From: Spirochaetota bacterium
GTDB lineage: Bacteria; Spirochaetota; UBA4802; UBA5550
Length of the DNA: 64,000 nt
Assembly: GCA_024276015.1 (NCBI GenBank)
Contig: JAJRXZ010000004.1
Location: 20,216-84,215 of the forward strand
Reading direction: 5' to 3'
The stretch's first letter is position 1; each line of letters begins with the position of its first letter. Below are positions 40,820 to 50,700 of the stretch, one piece after another. The translations under genes and the position numbers were made by a program. The notes below the pieces were generated by a model, which saw only the letters and a list, made by a program, of their open reading frames with translations, did no database searches and was not told the DNA's origin.

Positions 40820-43222
40820 ATGGCATCCATGGATTCCCCTCTTTTGCTTATTATTGATGATGAGGAGTATTTTTGTGAGCTGCTTTCGGCTTTTTTTGAA
40901 GATTACGGATTCAGCGTTTTAACTGCCACTCAGGGGAACAGGGGTATCGAGCTTTTTGATGAGAGTAAACCGGATATTGTACTGCTTGATCTTCATATAC
41001 CTGAAGTGCACGGTCTTAAAATACTGAAATATATTAAAGAATATTCTGAAAATACTCCTGTGATCGTGATTTCAGGCACCGGGGATATAAATGATGTTGT
41101 GGAAGCTCTGCGTCTCGGCGCATGGGATTATATTATAAAACCGATAAGGGGACTGGAGTTTCTGCATCATTCGGTGAAGAGGAATATTGAACGTTCCAGA
41201 CTGATCAAAGATAATAAGCTGTATCAGGAGGAACTTGAAGAGAAGGTACAAAGAAGAACCGCTGAGCTGAATCGGGCAAACAGCGAACTGCTGCAAATTA
41301 ATGAACGTCTCAGAAGGATTGTTGAAACTACAAGAGAAATATCCCGCCATACTGAATTGAGAGAATTTCTGAAGAGCCTTCTTGAGGAGTATGCCATATT
41401 GATGTCTGCACAGGGAGGTTCGGTTTATCTCTTTGAAAAGGGAGTGTTTAACCTTGTAAGTTCTCTGGACCCGGGTCATGCTCCGGAGTCAGTATCTTTG
41501 CATTCTCATGGGGAGTCGGTGTTTAACAAATTAATAATGGAAAAAGAGCCTCTTTTAATACAAGACATAGATAAATATAAATATATTAAGACAAGCGGCT
41601 GGAAAGGATATAGCCATAATTCATTCCTTGCTTTTCCGTTACTTGATGTAAAAAATAGTGTTGCAGCCCTGATCTCACTTCACAATAAGACCGACCCTCC
41701 TTTTGTTGAGCAGGATAAAGAGATAGGGGCAATTCTTTCATCATATTGCTGCCAGGCATTGAGCAAGATCAAAACAAATGAAGCTTTAAGGATAAGCGAA
41801 GAAAAATACAGAAAACTTTTTAATAATGCAATTGATGCGATCTATCTTTGGCGGTTAAATGATGACGGAACATTTGGGGAATGTATTGAGGTCAATTCCG
41901 TAGCAAGCAGCATGTCAGGCTACAGCAAGGAAGAACTGCTGGCCTTAACTCCCGGCGATCTTTTCGACGAATCATCCGGAGAAAAGCTTCATGAAATTGC
42001 TGACAGGCTTTTGAAGGAGGGTTTCTCCTCTGACGAATTGATCTATGTTGCAAAGGATAAAAACAGGATCCCGGTTGAAATTAATTCTCATATGTTCAGA
42101 CTTCAGGACAAAGATGTTGTTTTGTCTATAAGCAGGGATATTACAAGCAGAAAGCTTGCAGAAACCAGGATTATATCTTCTCTGAAAGAGAAAGAAATAA
42201 TGCTGAAGGAAATACATCACAGAGTTAAGAATAACATGCAGGTTATTTCCAGCCTTCTTGATCTCCAGGCTAATTACGTTTTAGATGATCAGTATCGAAA
42301 GCTTTTCATTGAAAGCCAGAAAAGAGTATTTTCAATGGCGTTGGTTCATGAGATGCTTTATCAGTCGGAAAATTTCTCAGAAATTGATTTTGGCAAATAT
42401 ATAAAAGATCTGACGGGTGAGTTGTTCAATACATACAGGAGAGACAAGGATAGAATTAATATTTCCATTGAAGCTGAAAATATATTTATCAGTATTGACA
42501 ATGCCATTCCATGCGCATTAATAATAAATGAACTTGTGTCAAATTCATTAAAATACGCATTTTCCGGTAAGGAACATGGTTCTTTAAAGATCAAGTTCGT
42601 TAAAGAGAGCGGGGATTTTATCTTGACTGTTGTTGATAACGGTATAGGTCTCCCCGAAGATTTTAATATAGAAGAAAGTAAATCTCTGGGCCTTCACCTT
42701 GTAGATGCACTGGTGACTCAACTGAGAGCTTCGCTTGATATAAAAACCCGTAATGGAACCGAGTTTGTAATTAAATTTCCTTCCGGAAATCATTCCGATT
42801 ACAGCTGTATGAGTTCACGTAATGGAGCAGCTTCGGCCCAAGTGAAAAGCAAAATAAGAGTTATAATTGTCGAAGATGAAAATGTTACCGCGGAATATAT
42901 AAAAAAGATTCTTATTTCAGAAGGTTTTGACGTGTTGAAAATATTTGATTGCGGTGAAGATGCTGCTGCATTTATTAATGAAAACAGGCCCGATATGATA
43001 ATCATGGATATATTTTTAAGCGGGAAGATCAACGGATTTGAAACGTATGAAATAATTAAGAAAAAACACCTAATACCCGTTATATTTTCGTCGGTGCGGT
43101 CCAGGCAATTTGAAGACCATAAAGCCGAAAATTTCAATAAGAAGGGAATGGAGTATATTGACAAACCCGTTACCAGATCGAGGTTGTTGTCGGCGATTAA
43201 TAGAATTATTGCTGACAGATAA
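40820..43222 (+). CDS. Hybrid sensor histidine kinase: REC - coiled coil - GAF - PAS - HisKA_2 - HATPase_c - REC
   Basis: N-terminal receiver (LLIIDDEE…DIVLLDLHIP). H-box HHRVKNNMQ (HisKA_2 type). C-terminal second receiver (IRVIIVEDE…DMIIMDI). Confidence 0.88.
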   Translation: MASMDSPLLLIIDDEEYFCELLSAFFEDYGFSVLTATQGNRGIELFDESKPDIVLLDLHIPEVHGLKILKYIKEYSENTPVIVISGTGDINDVVEALRLGAWDYIIKPIRGLEFLHHSVKRNIERSRLIKDNKLYQEELEEKVQRRTAELNRANSELLQINERLRRIVETTREISRHTELREFLKSLLEEYAILMSAQGGSVYLFEKGVFNLVSSLDPGHAPESVSLHSHGESVFNKLIMEKEPLLIQDIDKYKYIKTSGWKGYSHNSFLAFPLLDVKNSVAALISLHNKTDPPFVEQDKEIGAILSSYCCQALSKIKTNEALRISEEKYRKLFNNAIDAIYLWRLNDDGTFGECIEVNSVASSMSGYSKEELLALTPGDLFDESSGEKLHEIADRLLKEGFSSDELIYVAKDKNRIPVEINSHMFRLQDKDVVLSISRDITSRKLAETRIISSLKEKEIMLKEIHHRVKNNMQVISSLLDLQANYVLDDQYRKLFIESQKRVFSMALVHEMLYQSENFSEIDFGKYIKDLTGELFNTYRRDKDRINISIEAENIFISIDNAIPCALIINELVSNSLKYAFSGKEHGSLKIKFVKESGDFILTVVDNGIGLPEDFNIEESKSLGLHLVDALVTQLRASLDIKTRNGTEFVIKFPSGNHSDYSCMSSRNGAASAQVKSKIRVIIVEDENVTAEYIKKILISEGFDVLKIFDCGEDAAAFINENRPDMIIMDIFLSGKINGFETYEIIKKKHLIPVIFSSVRSRQFEDHKAENFNKKGMEYIDKPVTRSRLLSAINRIIADR

Positions 43223-43293
43223 TTTACCGGTTCTCTATGTTCTGTTTGGGCATATTTCCTTGACTTATATTGAAGAGAATAATTATAAATATA

Positions 43294-43400
43294 TTATACC
43301 GATCATCATTGAAAATTTCCATATTAAACGAATCGGTATATAATTTGATCAGGATTTTGCCCTTTGCAGAAGGACAAAATCGATGCTTTTCGATATATAT
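43294..43400 (+). repeat. Conserved leader element, copy 4 (hairpin 1 + palindrome GGATTTTGCCCTTTGCAGAAGGACAAAATC + CTTTTCGATATATAT)
   Basis: Read directly from the sequence. Lies 48 nt upstream of the MCP gene start. Confidence 0.7.
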
Positions 43401-43447
43401 TGAACCGTCTTTCTTTAATAACCGACACTTTACGAATGAGGTAAGTA

Positions 43448-45283
43448 ATGAAAAGAATAAACGATTTTACAATCAGGACCAGGCTTTTATCCGCCTTCTC
43501 AATTATAATAATATTGATGGCTGCAATGGGAGCGGTGAGTTATTACAGTAATTATTCTATCACGGAAAACACTATTGCAATGCTCAATACCGATGCAAAA
43601 TTTGCCGAATATTCTGCCGGTTTACGAGCTCATATTTACGGCATGAGACAATATGAGAAGGACATGTTTATTAACATTATGCCGGGCGCAAAAGCCGAAT
43701 TCTATCTGGATAACTGGGAAGACCAGTATAAGGAGAGTATGATAAAGATTGAGGAGATGAAAAGGATTGCATCCGAATCCTTTAAAGACGAGGTTCTGTA
43801 TATAAATAATTTGAGCATGCTGTTAGAAAATTACAGGAAAGGGTTTTTGGACGTATATAGACAGATCAATAGCGGCAAGATCAAAACTACGAAAGGCGCA
43901 AGTGATTCAATTAAAGAATATCAGGAGGATATTGACTCTGTTGTGAAACATGCAAAATATCTAACGGATAAATATACGAATAAAATACATTTGATTGAAA
44001 AAAGAGTGAAATTAAGATCTGATGCTTCGGCAATTATTATTTTTGCTTTCGTAATTGCTTCAATAATAATCAGCATTCTCATCAGTTCGGTTATCAGGAA
44101 GGGGATTGTAAATCCCATACAGCAGGGACTTGATTATGCAAAGAACCTTTCTGCCGGAAATTTTACAGCGAGAATAAACATCGATCAGGATGACGAACTG
44201 GGACAGCTTGGCAGAGCATTGAACGAAGCTTCGATTAAACTTGAAAGATTGATTCTTAATGTAGTTAAGAGCTCTCAAAATCTCTCTTATGCAATTAAAC
44301 AGATTGCATCCGGCAATCAGGATCTGTCCGGCAGAGTATCGGAACAGGCATCGTCGCTGGAAGAAATTGCCTCAACTGTGGAAGAGACAGGAGCCACAGT
44401 AAGGCTTAATACCGATAATGCGATTAAGGCAAATGAACTTGCAGAGAGATCTTTCAGACTCGCAGAACAGGGGGGAAGGATATCAGATGACGCTGTTAAA
44501 GGCATTGAAGAGATAAATGAAGTAAGTGCAAAAATATATGATATAACCGGAGTTATTAATGAGATATCTTTTCAGACGAATCTCCTTGCGCTTAACGCTG
44601 CTGTTGAGGCCGCAAGGGCAGGAGAAGCAGGCCGCGGTTTTGCAGTAGTAGCCGGAGAGATCAGAAATCTTGCTCAGAGATCGGGCAATGCTGCCAGAGA
44701 GATCGAAGGTCTTATAAAAGATACGGTAAAAAAAATAGAGAATGGTTCCGAGCTTGTTAATCAGAGCGGAAGATCTTTAAAGGATATTATTAATGCAGTT
44801 AAAGAAGTAAGCAGAATTGTTTCGGAAATAACAGCGGCAAGCCGGGAGCAGCTTCAGGGTATTGAACAGCTTACAATTGCTGTTACGGAAATGGACAGCA
44901 TGACACAGCAGAACGCTTCTCTTGTGGAAGAAACCGCTTCTGCAAGCGAGGAGATGGCCAATCAATCTAAAGAATTGATCCGACTGACGGAAGTTTTTAA
45001 GATCGGCTCATTAAAAGAGAAGAGAGAATCGGGAGCATTCGTATCAGTAAAGGAGCTTCGGGATGAAAGAGATCTATTGGAAAAGAGAAGTGTTTCTGAA
45101 AAAAGAATGATAAACGATTCGGCAAAAAGTGAGGTTAATAATATGGGACAGTATAGAACAGGTGGAGCAAAAATTGCTGAAAATGTCAGGAGTAACGGTT
45201 CGAAGAAGGAGGATCTGTTCTTAGCTGATGAATCTCCTGATATAAAGAAGGTATTATCTGAAGAAGGTTTCGAAGAGTTTTGA
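43448..45283 (+). CDS. Methyl-accepting chemotaxis protein (4HB sensor, HAMP, MCP signalling domain)
   Basis: Highly conserved MCP signalling hairpin (…[35 protein letters not shown]…). Confidence 0.92.
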   Translation: MKRINDFTIRTRLLSAFSIIIILMAAMGAVSYYSNYSITENTIAMLNTDAKFAEYSAGLRAHIYGMRQYEKDMFINIMPGAKAEFYLDNWEDQYKESMIKIEEMKRIASESFKDEVLYINNLSMLLENYRKGFLDVYRQINSGKIKTTKGASDSIKEYQEDIDSVVKHAKYLTDKYTNKIHLIEKRVKLRSDASAIIIFAFVIASIIISILISSVIRKGIVNPIQQGLDYAKNLSAGNFTARINIDQDDELGQLGRALNEASIKLERLILNVVKSSQNLSYAIKQIASGNQDLSGRVSEQASSLEEIASTVEETGATVRLNTDNAIKANELAERSFRLAEQGGRISDDAVKGIEEINEVSAKIYDITGVINEISFQTNLLALNAAVEAARAGEAGRGFAVVAGEIRNLAQRSGNAAREIEGLIKDTVKKIENGSELVNQSGRSLKDIINAVKEVSRIVSEITAASREQLQGIEQLTIAVTEMDSMTQQNASLVEETASASEEMANQSKELIRLTEVFKIGSLKEKRESGAFVSVKELRDERDLLEKRSVSEKRMINDSAKSEVNNMGQYRTGGAKIAENVRSNGSKKEDLFLADESPDIKKVLSEEGFEEF

Positions 45284-45313
45284 TATAATTAAACAATTTT
45301 CAGGTGCAATGAA

Positions 45314-45808
45314 ATGAACAACACAACTAACAAAGATATTTACCGTAGTCTGAACATAAATGAATCGAATCAGTATGTAACATTTACCATAGACGATGAG
45401 ATTTACGGCGTTGACGTTTTAAAAGTATATGAGATCGTAGGCATGACTAAGATCACGTATGTTCCAAACAGCATGAATTATATGAAGGGCGTTATAGATC
45501 TCAGAGGGCGTGTGATACCGGTTGTTGATATGAGATTGAAGTTTAATATGGATGAACGTGAATATGATGATATAACGGTAATACTGATTGTGGAAGTAAT
45601 GGACAAACTTATAGGCATGATAGTGGATACGGTTTCCGACGTAATAGGGCTCCCGGAGGGGAGCATTCAGGATACTCCGCATTTCAGCGCAAAGATTGAT
45701 TCCGATTATATAAGCGGCATAGGCAGAAATAACGGTGATCTTATTATATTAATTGATGTTGATAAGATTTTAACATGGGACGAGCTTGAGAGAATTAACA
45801 GAGGTTAG
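45314..45808 (+). CDS. cheW: Chemotaxis coupling protein CheW
   Basis: 164 aa CheW-like (…QYVTFTIDDEIYGVDVLKV…VIDLRGRVIPVVD…). Confidence 0.9.
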   Translation: MNNTTNKDIYRSLNINESNQYVTFTIDDEIYGVDVLKVYEIVGMTKITYVPNSMNYMKGVIDLRGRVIPVVDMRLKFNMDEREYDDITVILIVEVMDKLIGMIVDTVSDVIGLPEGSIQDTPHFSAKIDSDYISGIGRNNGDLIILIDVDKILTWDELERINRG

Positions 45809-45944
45809 GATCGGATGCTGTTCCGGACAATGTGCAGAAAAGACGTTGAAAGAATTTATGAGCTTGAAAAGGAGCAGGTCAATCTCTGAATAAAATAAAA
45901 AATGATGGTCTGATTTTAACGGCCGGCAATAAAAGGGTTTACTA

Positions 45945-46847
45945 TCAATTTTTTACGCGTATACTGTGATTGTGAATTCTGTGATTTTTCAGGAGCTCTT
46001 CCAAATCCTCTCTGCTGAGAATTTTTTCTTGCACAAAATACTCTCCAATATGAGATTGAATATTCTGCTGTTTGGCAATAATTGCATTATGCTGAAATAT
46101 ACTAATGTACCCAAGCCTTACTGCGCATTCGCCGAATTTTTCAAAGGGATTTCTATTTCGCAGAATATTGATGATGTCTTTTGTGCCGATGAGATTCCAT
46201 TTTTGTGCGATCTTTCCATAGGGATCTCTCTGATTCCTCTGCCAGAATATTGCATCAAGAAGCATTCTGAAAGTTATATATCCGGAATAATAAAGGTATT
46301 GTCCGAAAAGTAATTCGAAATTTTTTGGGATATTTTTGGGGATAAATGAATTATGTTTTGTTCTGTTTCGGCTGCTGCCCGATGTTGAAGATGATGATTT
46401 ATTTTTATATGAATATGAACTGTTATTATAATAAGAATAATTGCTGCTGTTCCTCTCTGCGGAAGTTTTTTCCTGTTTCTTTTTATAGTTCTTTGAGTAT
46501 TCTTTCCATTGTGATTTAGTATAAGTTTTTTTATTTGAACCGGAATTTCTTTTTATGTTTCTGTATACCTCGGATCTTTTTTGTTCTATATATTGATAAA
46601 GGCTCTGATACGCCGAAGTGAGTTCACGAAATCTTTTTGCTAAAATTTTTTCATTAATTCCCAGATGTTTGGACCTGTCGGGATGAGTTTCCAGCGCTTT
46701 TGCCCTGTATGCCGCTTTTATTTTTGACAAGTGCAGATCATTAATACTGTTTATATTAAAATTGTTTTCCTGAGAAAATAGTAATCTATAAGCCTGAAGA
46801 AGTTTTTTTTCTTTATTTTGATTAACAGGTTTGTTCATATTCTCCAC
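45945..46847 (-). CDS. J-domain protein with Ser/Asn/Tyr-rich linker
   Basis: J-domain with HPD motif (…LETHPDRS…). Low-complexity middle region. Confidence 0.6.
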   Translation of the reverse strand: MENMNKPVNQNKEKKLLQAYRLLFSQENNFNINSINDLHLSKIKAAYRAKALETHPDRSKHLGINEKILAKRFRELTSAYQSLYQYIEQKRSEVYRNIKRNSGSNKKTYTKSQWKEYSKNYKKKQEKTSAERNSSNYSYYNNSSYSYKNKSSSSTSGSSRNRTKHNSFIPKNIPKNFELLFGQYLYYSGYITFRMLLDAIFWQRNQRDPYGKIAQKWNLIGTKDIINILRNRNPFEKFGECAVRLGYISIFQHNAIIAKQQNIQSHIGEYFVQEKILSREDLEELLKNHRIHNHSIRVKN

Positions 46848-47093
46848 CGGAGCAGCAAAGTAATAGGTTATTTAATAATGGTTCAAATATAATAATTTCA
46901 ATTGTTTTTTATGTTTATAGTAATATTTTCGGAAAACTACCAAACAAATGTGATAAATTTTAAGAAATTGAATTATTGTTTGCAGAAATAATAATATATT
47001 TGACAAATTGTTGTTAAAGGATGTAATATTCAAAAAAAAACTAAAACCTGAAGATTCTTAATCTTTTTTACCGGAACAATAAATAAGTAATAT

Positions 47094-49229
47094 ATGGAAA
47101 AGCTAAGCGATAATGTTGTTCTTCTCCCCAGAGGCGGATACCTGATAGATACGTCAATCGGTTATATTCAGATCGGGTCGCCGCCCGAAACAATAAAGGA
47201 TACAATGTTTATGCCCAAGGGCGTTCCCGAGATATTTGTTTTATCGAATGAACTTTTTAACTGGATTAAAGGAATAAGCGTTGCCGAAATTGAATTCCCC
47301 ATTTATTATAATTTTTTTATCAATAAAAAGAAAACTTATATTATATGTACCCAAGACCAGTATGTCCGTTTAAAGAAAGTTCTGCAGGAATCTCTATTCG
47401 GTCCCGGAGAGATCGATCTATCAATGGATTTGCACTGGTCTTTAGATCCGGGGGTTTATGATATAAAAAAGGAGATGTCCTATTTCAGAAATAATCTTAA
47501 ATTATCCGATCTTATTGCTGTTGGTATTTTTCATGATAATAAATTTACGTTTAAAGGAATAACTATCAGAATTGATGAGAATAATAATTTTACCATATCT
47601 GAGAATAATAAGGTGATTTCGCACGTTCCCGGTAAAATTGAGTATAAACCGACCTATGAAATCGGCGAAAGACTGCCCGAACCTTATAAGCCTCCTCTTT
47701 TCGGCGTTACATGCCTTGGCCCCAGCCACGGTTTTGATCCTACGGCAAATACATCCGGATTTATAATCTGGCTTAATCATCAGGGCGTAATGGTTGATCC
47801 TCCTGTAAATTCAACCGAATGGCTTGAAGATTCAAATGTCAACCCGAAATTGATTGACAGTATTATTCTTACTCACTGTCACGCGGACCATGATGCCGGG
47901 ACATTCCAAAAAATTCTCGAAGAAGGAAAGATCACAATATATTCCACAAGGACCGTTCTTAACAGCTTTATAAGAAAATATTCTTCCCTTTCCGGTATTG
48001 ATCCGTCATATCTTATGAAACTGTTTCACTTCCATCCGATTACTATCGGCGAACCCGTGTTTATTAATGGCGGAAGGTTTAATATGTTTTATACTTTACA
48101 TTCAATCCCCACAATGGGGTTCAGGATGGACTTTCAGGATCAATCATTTGTTTATACTTCCGATCATAACAATGACCCCGAGCTGCATAAAAAGATGCTT
48201 GAAGAGAAGGTAATAAGCGAAGAGAGGTATAAAGAGTTGTTGAACTTCCCATGGGATTCTAAAGTGATCTATCATGAATCCGGAGTGCCTCCTCTTCATA
48301 CTCCTATAAAATTTCTTAATTCTCTGCCCAAAGATCTTCAAAAGAAGATTGTAGTTTATCATATTGCGAAAAATGATTTTCCCGATAAAACCGATCTTAC
48401 TCTTGCAACTTTCGGAATAGAAAATACTCTCTATTTTGATACTACCCCCCCCAGGTTTGAAGAGGCATATCAGATTTTGGGACTGTTAAAAAATCTTGAT
48501 TTTTTTGAAGACCTGCCCATCAGCAAAGCTCAGGAGTTTATAGATATTATAGAAGAGGAAAGATATAAAAAAGGCGATCTTATTGTAAAAAAAGGGACAA
48601 TCGGCGATAAATTCTATATGATCCTATCGGGTAATATTTCCGTTGATACCGGCGGACTTGAAATGAAGAAGATTTACGGAGCCTATGATTATTTCGGAGA
48701 GGTGGCATTGATTACAGGTCAGAAAAGAGCGGCCGATATATACGCTGAGACCGATATTGTTGTTTATACAATAACAAGGGATAAATTCCTCAATTTTATT
48801 GTTGGGACCGAGTTTGAAAAAACGCTGATGAGGCTTTCCAAAATCAGATGCAGTGAAACATGGAATTTGCTGTCCAGCAGCAAATTTTTTCAGCACTGTA
48901 CCTCTTCACAGAAAACATGGCTTGAATCGATTTTTATTCCTGTTGAACTGAATGAGCCCGGCGAAATTATCAGAGAAGGAGAAAAACTTGAATACATATA
49001 TATCATCAGAAACGGCGAAGTTGAAGTTGCAAAAAACGGAAGCAATATTGCAACTTTGAAAAAAAGCGACCCGATCGGTTCCATGCAGAAGATATACAGA
49101 GGCGAGCCTGCAGTATATACTTTTTCACATAAAAAACCCTTATCCCTCTATGCTATGAAAAAAGATGACATACTGAAATTTCTTGAAAATAATCCGGGAA
49201 TACTGATGAAATCTGTTTATGATTTCTGA
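47094..49229 (+). CDS. MBL-fold (class-II cyclic-nucleotide phosphodiesterase-like) hydrolase fused to two cNMP-binding (CAP-effector) domains
   Basis: Metallo-beta-lactamase motif THCHADHDAG. Two cNMP-binding cassettes (…YFGEVALITGQKRAADIYA… and a second C-terminal copy). Confidence 0.72.
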   Translation: MEKLSDNVVLLPRGGYLIDTSIGYIQIGSPPETIKDTMFMPKGVPEIFVLSNELFNWIKGISVAEIEFPIYYNFFINKKKTYIICTQDQYVRLKKVLQESLFGPGEIDLSMDLHWSLDPGVYDIKKEMSYFRNNLKLSDLIAVGIFHDNKFTFKGITIRIDENNNFTISENNKVISHVPGKIEYKPTYEIGERLPEPYKPPLFGVTCLGPSHGFDPTANTSGFIIWLNHQGVMVDPPVNSTEWLEDSNVNPKLIDSIILTHCHADHDAGTFQKILEEGKITIYSTRTVLNSFIRKYSSLSGIDPSYLMKLFHFHPITIGEPVFINGGRFNMFYTLHSIPTMGFRMDFQDQSFVYTSDHNNDPELHKKMLEEKVISEERYKELLNFPWDSKVIYHESGVPPLHTPIKFLNSLPKDLQKKIVVYHIAKNDFPDKTDLTLATFGIENTLYFDTTPPRFEEAYQILGLLKNLDFFEDLPISKAQEFIDIIEEERYKKGDLIVKKGTIGDKFYMILSGNISVDTGGLEMKKIYGAYDYFGEVALITGQKRAADIYAETDIVVYTITRDKFLNFIVGTEFEKTLMRLSKIRCSETWNLLSSSKFFQHCTSSQKTWLESIFIPVELNEPGEIIREGEKLEYIYIIRNGEVEVAKNGSNIATLKKSDPIGSMQKIYRGEPAVYTFSHKKPLSLYAMKKDDILKFLENNPGILMKSVYDF

Positions 49230-49253
49230 TGTTTAAAAAGATTGGAGTATAGA

Positions 49254-50561
49254 ATGGATTTTAAAGTCAAAAAACTTGGAGAGTGTAAAATCGAATCTCC
49301 CTTGAAAAAAATTACTGCCTCCGGCAGAGTTTTTGTAAATGATGACAGAAGAATGTTTTTTGATATTTTTACCGATTCCTGCGCAGACGGGGAAAACCGG
49401 AGCGAAAAATCCTTTGAACTGGCCGGAGCCAGAGAGAAGATATTTTTTGATCCTGTAAATACGAAAATTGCTCTGGTAACATGCGGAGGATTGTGCCCCG
49501 GTCTTAACGATGTTATAAGATCCATTGTGATGGAGTCTTATTATATATACGGGATAAGATCGATTACCGGAATAAGATACGGATATAACGGACTGGATGC
49601 TGCAAAGGGATATGATCCTCTGGAGTTGTCTCCTGAAAATGTGAATGATATCCACAAAAAAGGCGGCACTATTCTCGGTTCTTCGCGGGGCGGAACCGAT
49701 GATATGGAAAAACTTGTAGATACGCTTGTAGAAATGAAAATAAACATTTTGTATACGATCGGCGGCGACGGCACTTTAAGGGGAGCTCATGAAATTGCGT
49801 CCATTGCCTTAAAAAGGGGGGTAGATTTAGCGGTTGTGGGAGTGCCCAAGACCATAGATAACGATATCAGTTTTATTCAGAAATCATTCGGTTTTGAAAC
49901 GGCATTTTCAAAAGCTGTTGAATCAATAAGTTCCGCCCATGTTGAAGCAAATGGAGCGCCTAACGGTATAGGGTTGGTAAAACTTATGGGAAGGCATTCC
50001 GGATTTATAGCCGCCAATGCCGCTCTTGCCATGAATGACGTTAATTTTCTTCTTATACCGGAGGTTCCCTTTGATCTTGAAGGCGAAAGAGGTTTTCTAA
50101 ACCATCTTAAGAAAAGAATTTTAAGGCGCAGCCATGCCGTTATCTGTGTTGCCGAAGGAGCCGGGCAGGATCTTGTTGCAGGCGGCCAAAGAAAACCTGA
50201 AGTAGATGCTTCAGGAAATGTCATCCTTCGGGATATCGGCATATTCTTAAAGAATAAAATAAAAGAATATTTTAAAAAAGAAGGAATTGAAATTAACCTG
50301 AAATATATAGACCCCAGTTATAATATCAGAAGCACGGCGGCAACACCCAATGATTCAATCTATTGCGCAATGCTGGGCCAGTTTGCAGTTCATGCCGCAA
50401 TGGCAGGCAAGACAGATATGATCGTGGGGCAGTGGAATAATATTTTTACGCACGTTCCTATTGAGCTTGCGATTTCCAGAAGGAAGAAAATTAATCCGCA
50501 TTCGTTGTTCTGGAACAGCGTTATTCAGGCAACAGGCCAGCCCTTCTCAATGGTAAACTGA
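49254..50561 (+). CDS. pfkA: 6-phosphofructokinase (PPi-dependent / group B-type PFK)
   Basis: GGAG RBS 6 nt before the ATG at 49254 (the ORF-track start at 49242 is TTG). Motifs (…ALVTCGGLCPGLNDVIR…, TIDNDI). Confidence 0.88.
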   Translation: MDFKVKKLGECKIESPLKKITASGRVFVNDDRRMFFDIFTDSCADGENRSEKSFELAGAREKIFFDPVNTKIALVTCGGLCPGLNDVIRSIVMESYYIYGIRSITGIRYGYNGLDAAKGYDPLELSPENVNDIHKKGGTILGSSRGGTDDMEKLVDTLVEMKINILYTIGGDGTLRGAHEIASIALKRGVDLAVVGVPKTIDNDISFIQKSFGFETAFSKAVESISSAHVEANGAPNGIGLVKLMGRHSGFIAANAALAMNDVNFLLIPEVPFDLEGERGFLNHLKKRILRRSHAVICVAEGAGQDLVAGGQRKPEVDASGNVILRDIGIFLKNKIKEYFKKEGIEINLKYIDPSYNIRSTAATPNDSIYCAMLGQFAVHAAMAGKTDMIVGQWNNIFTHVPIELAISRRKKINPHSLFWNSVIQATGQPFSMVN

Positions 50562-50700
50562 TTGCTTTATATTTTCATGTAGTCAAGGTGTTTTAACTTA
50601 TTTTAAGGAACAAATACTGAATTGTTCGTATAATTTAGTGCGGCAGACAGGTGTTATCCGGAAGTTAATTTTATAACTCCCGGATAATAAGGAGGTTTTC

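Noticed and set aside
43110-43551. ORFs 43110-43343 and 43270-43551 (+) overlapping leader element copy 4
   Set aside because: They span a conserved non-coding repeat and an intergenic region, have no RBS or motifs, and the element is also found before three other genes. Therefore spurious.
50654-50700. Inverted repeat TTATCCGG-N18-CCGGATAA followed by an orphan AAGGAGG between pfk and the acyl-CoA dehydrogenase gene
   Set aside because: No ORF follows the SD-like sequence on the plus strand. No U-tract on either strand, so not a canonical terminator. Left as an unexplained convergent-intergenic palindrome of low significance.
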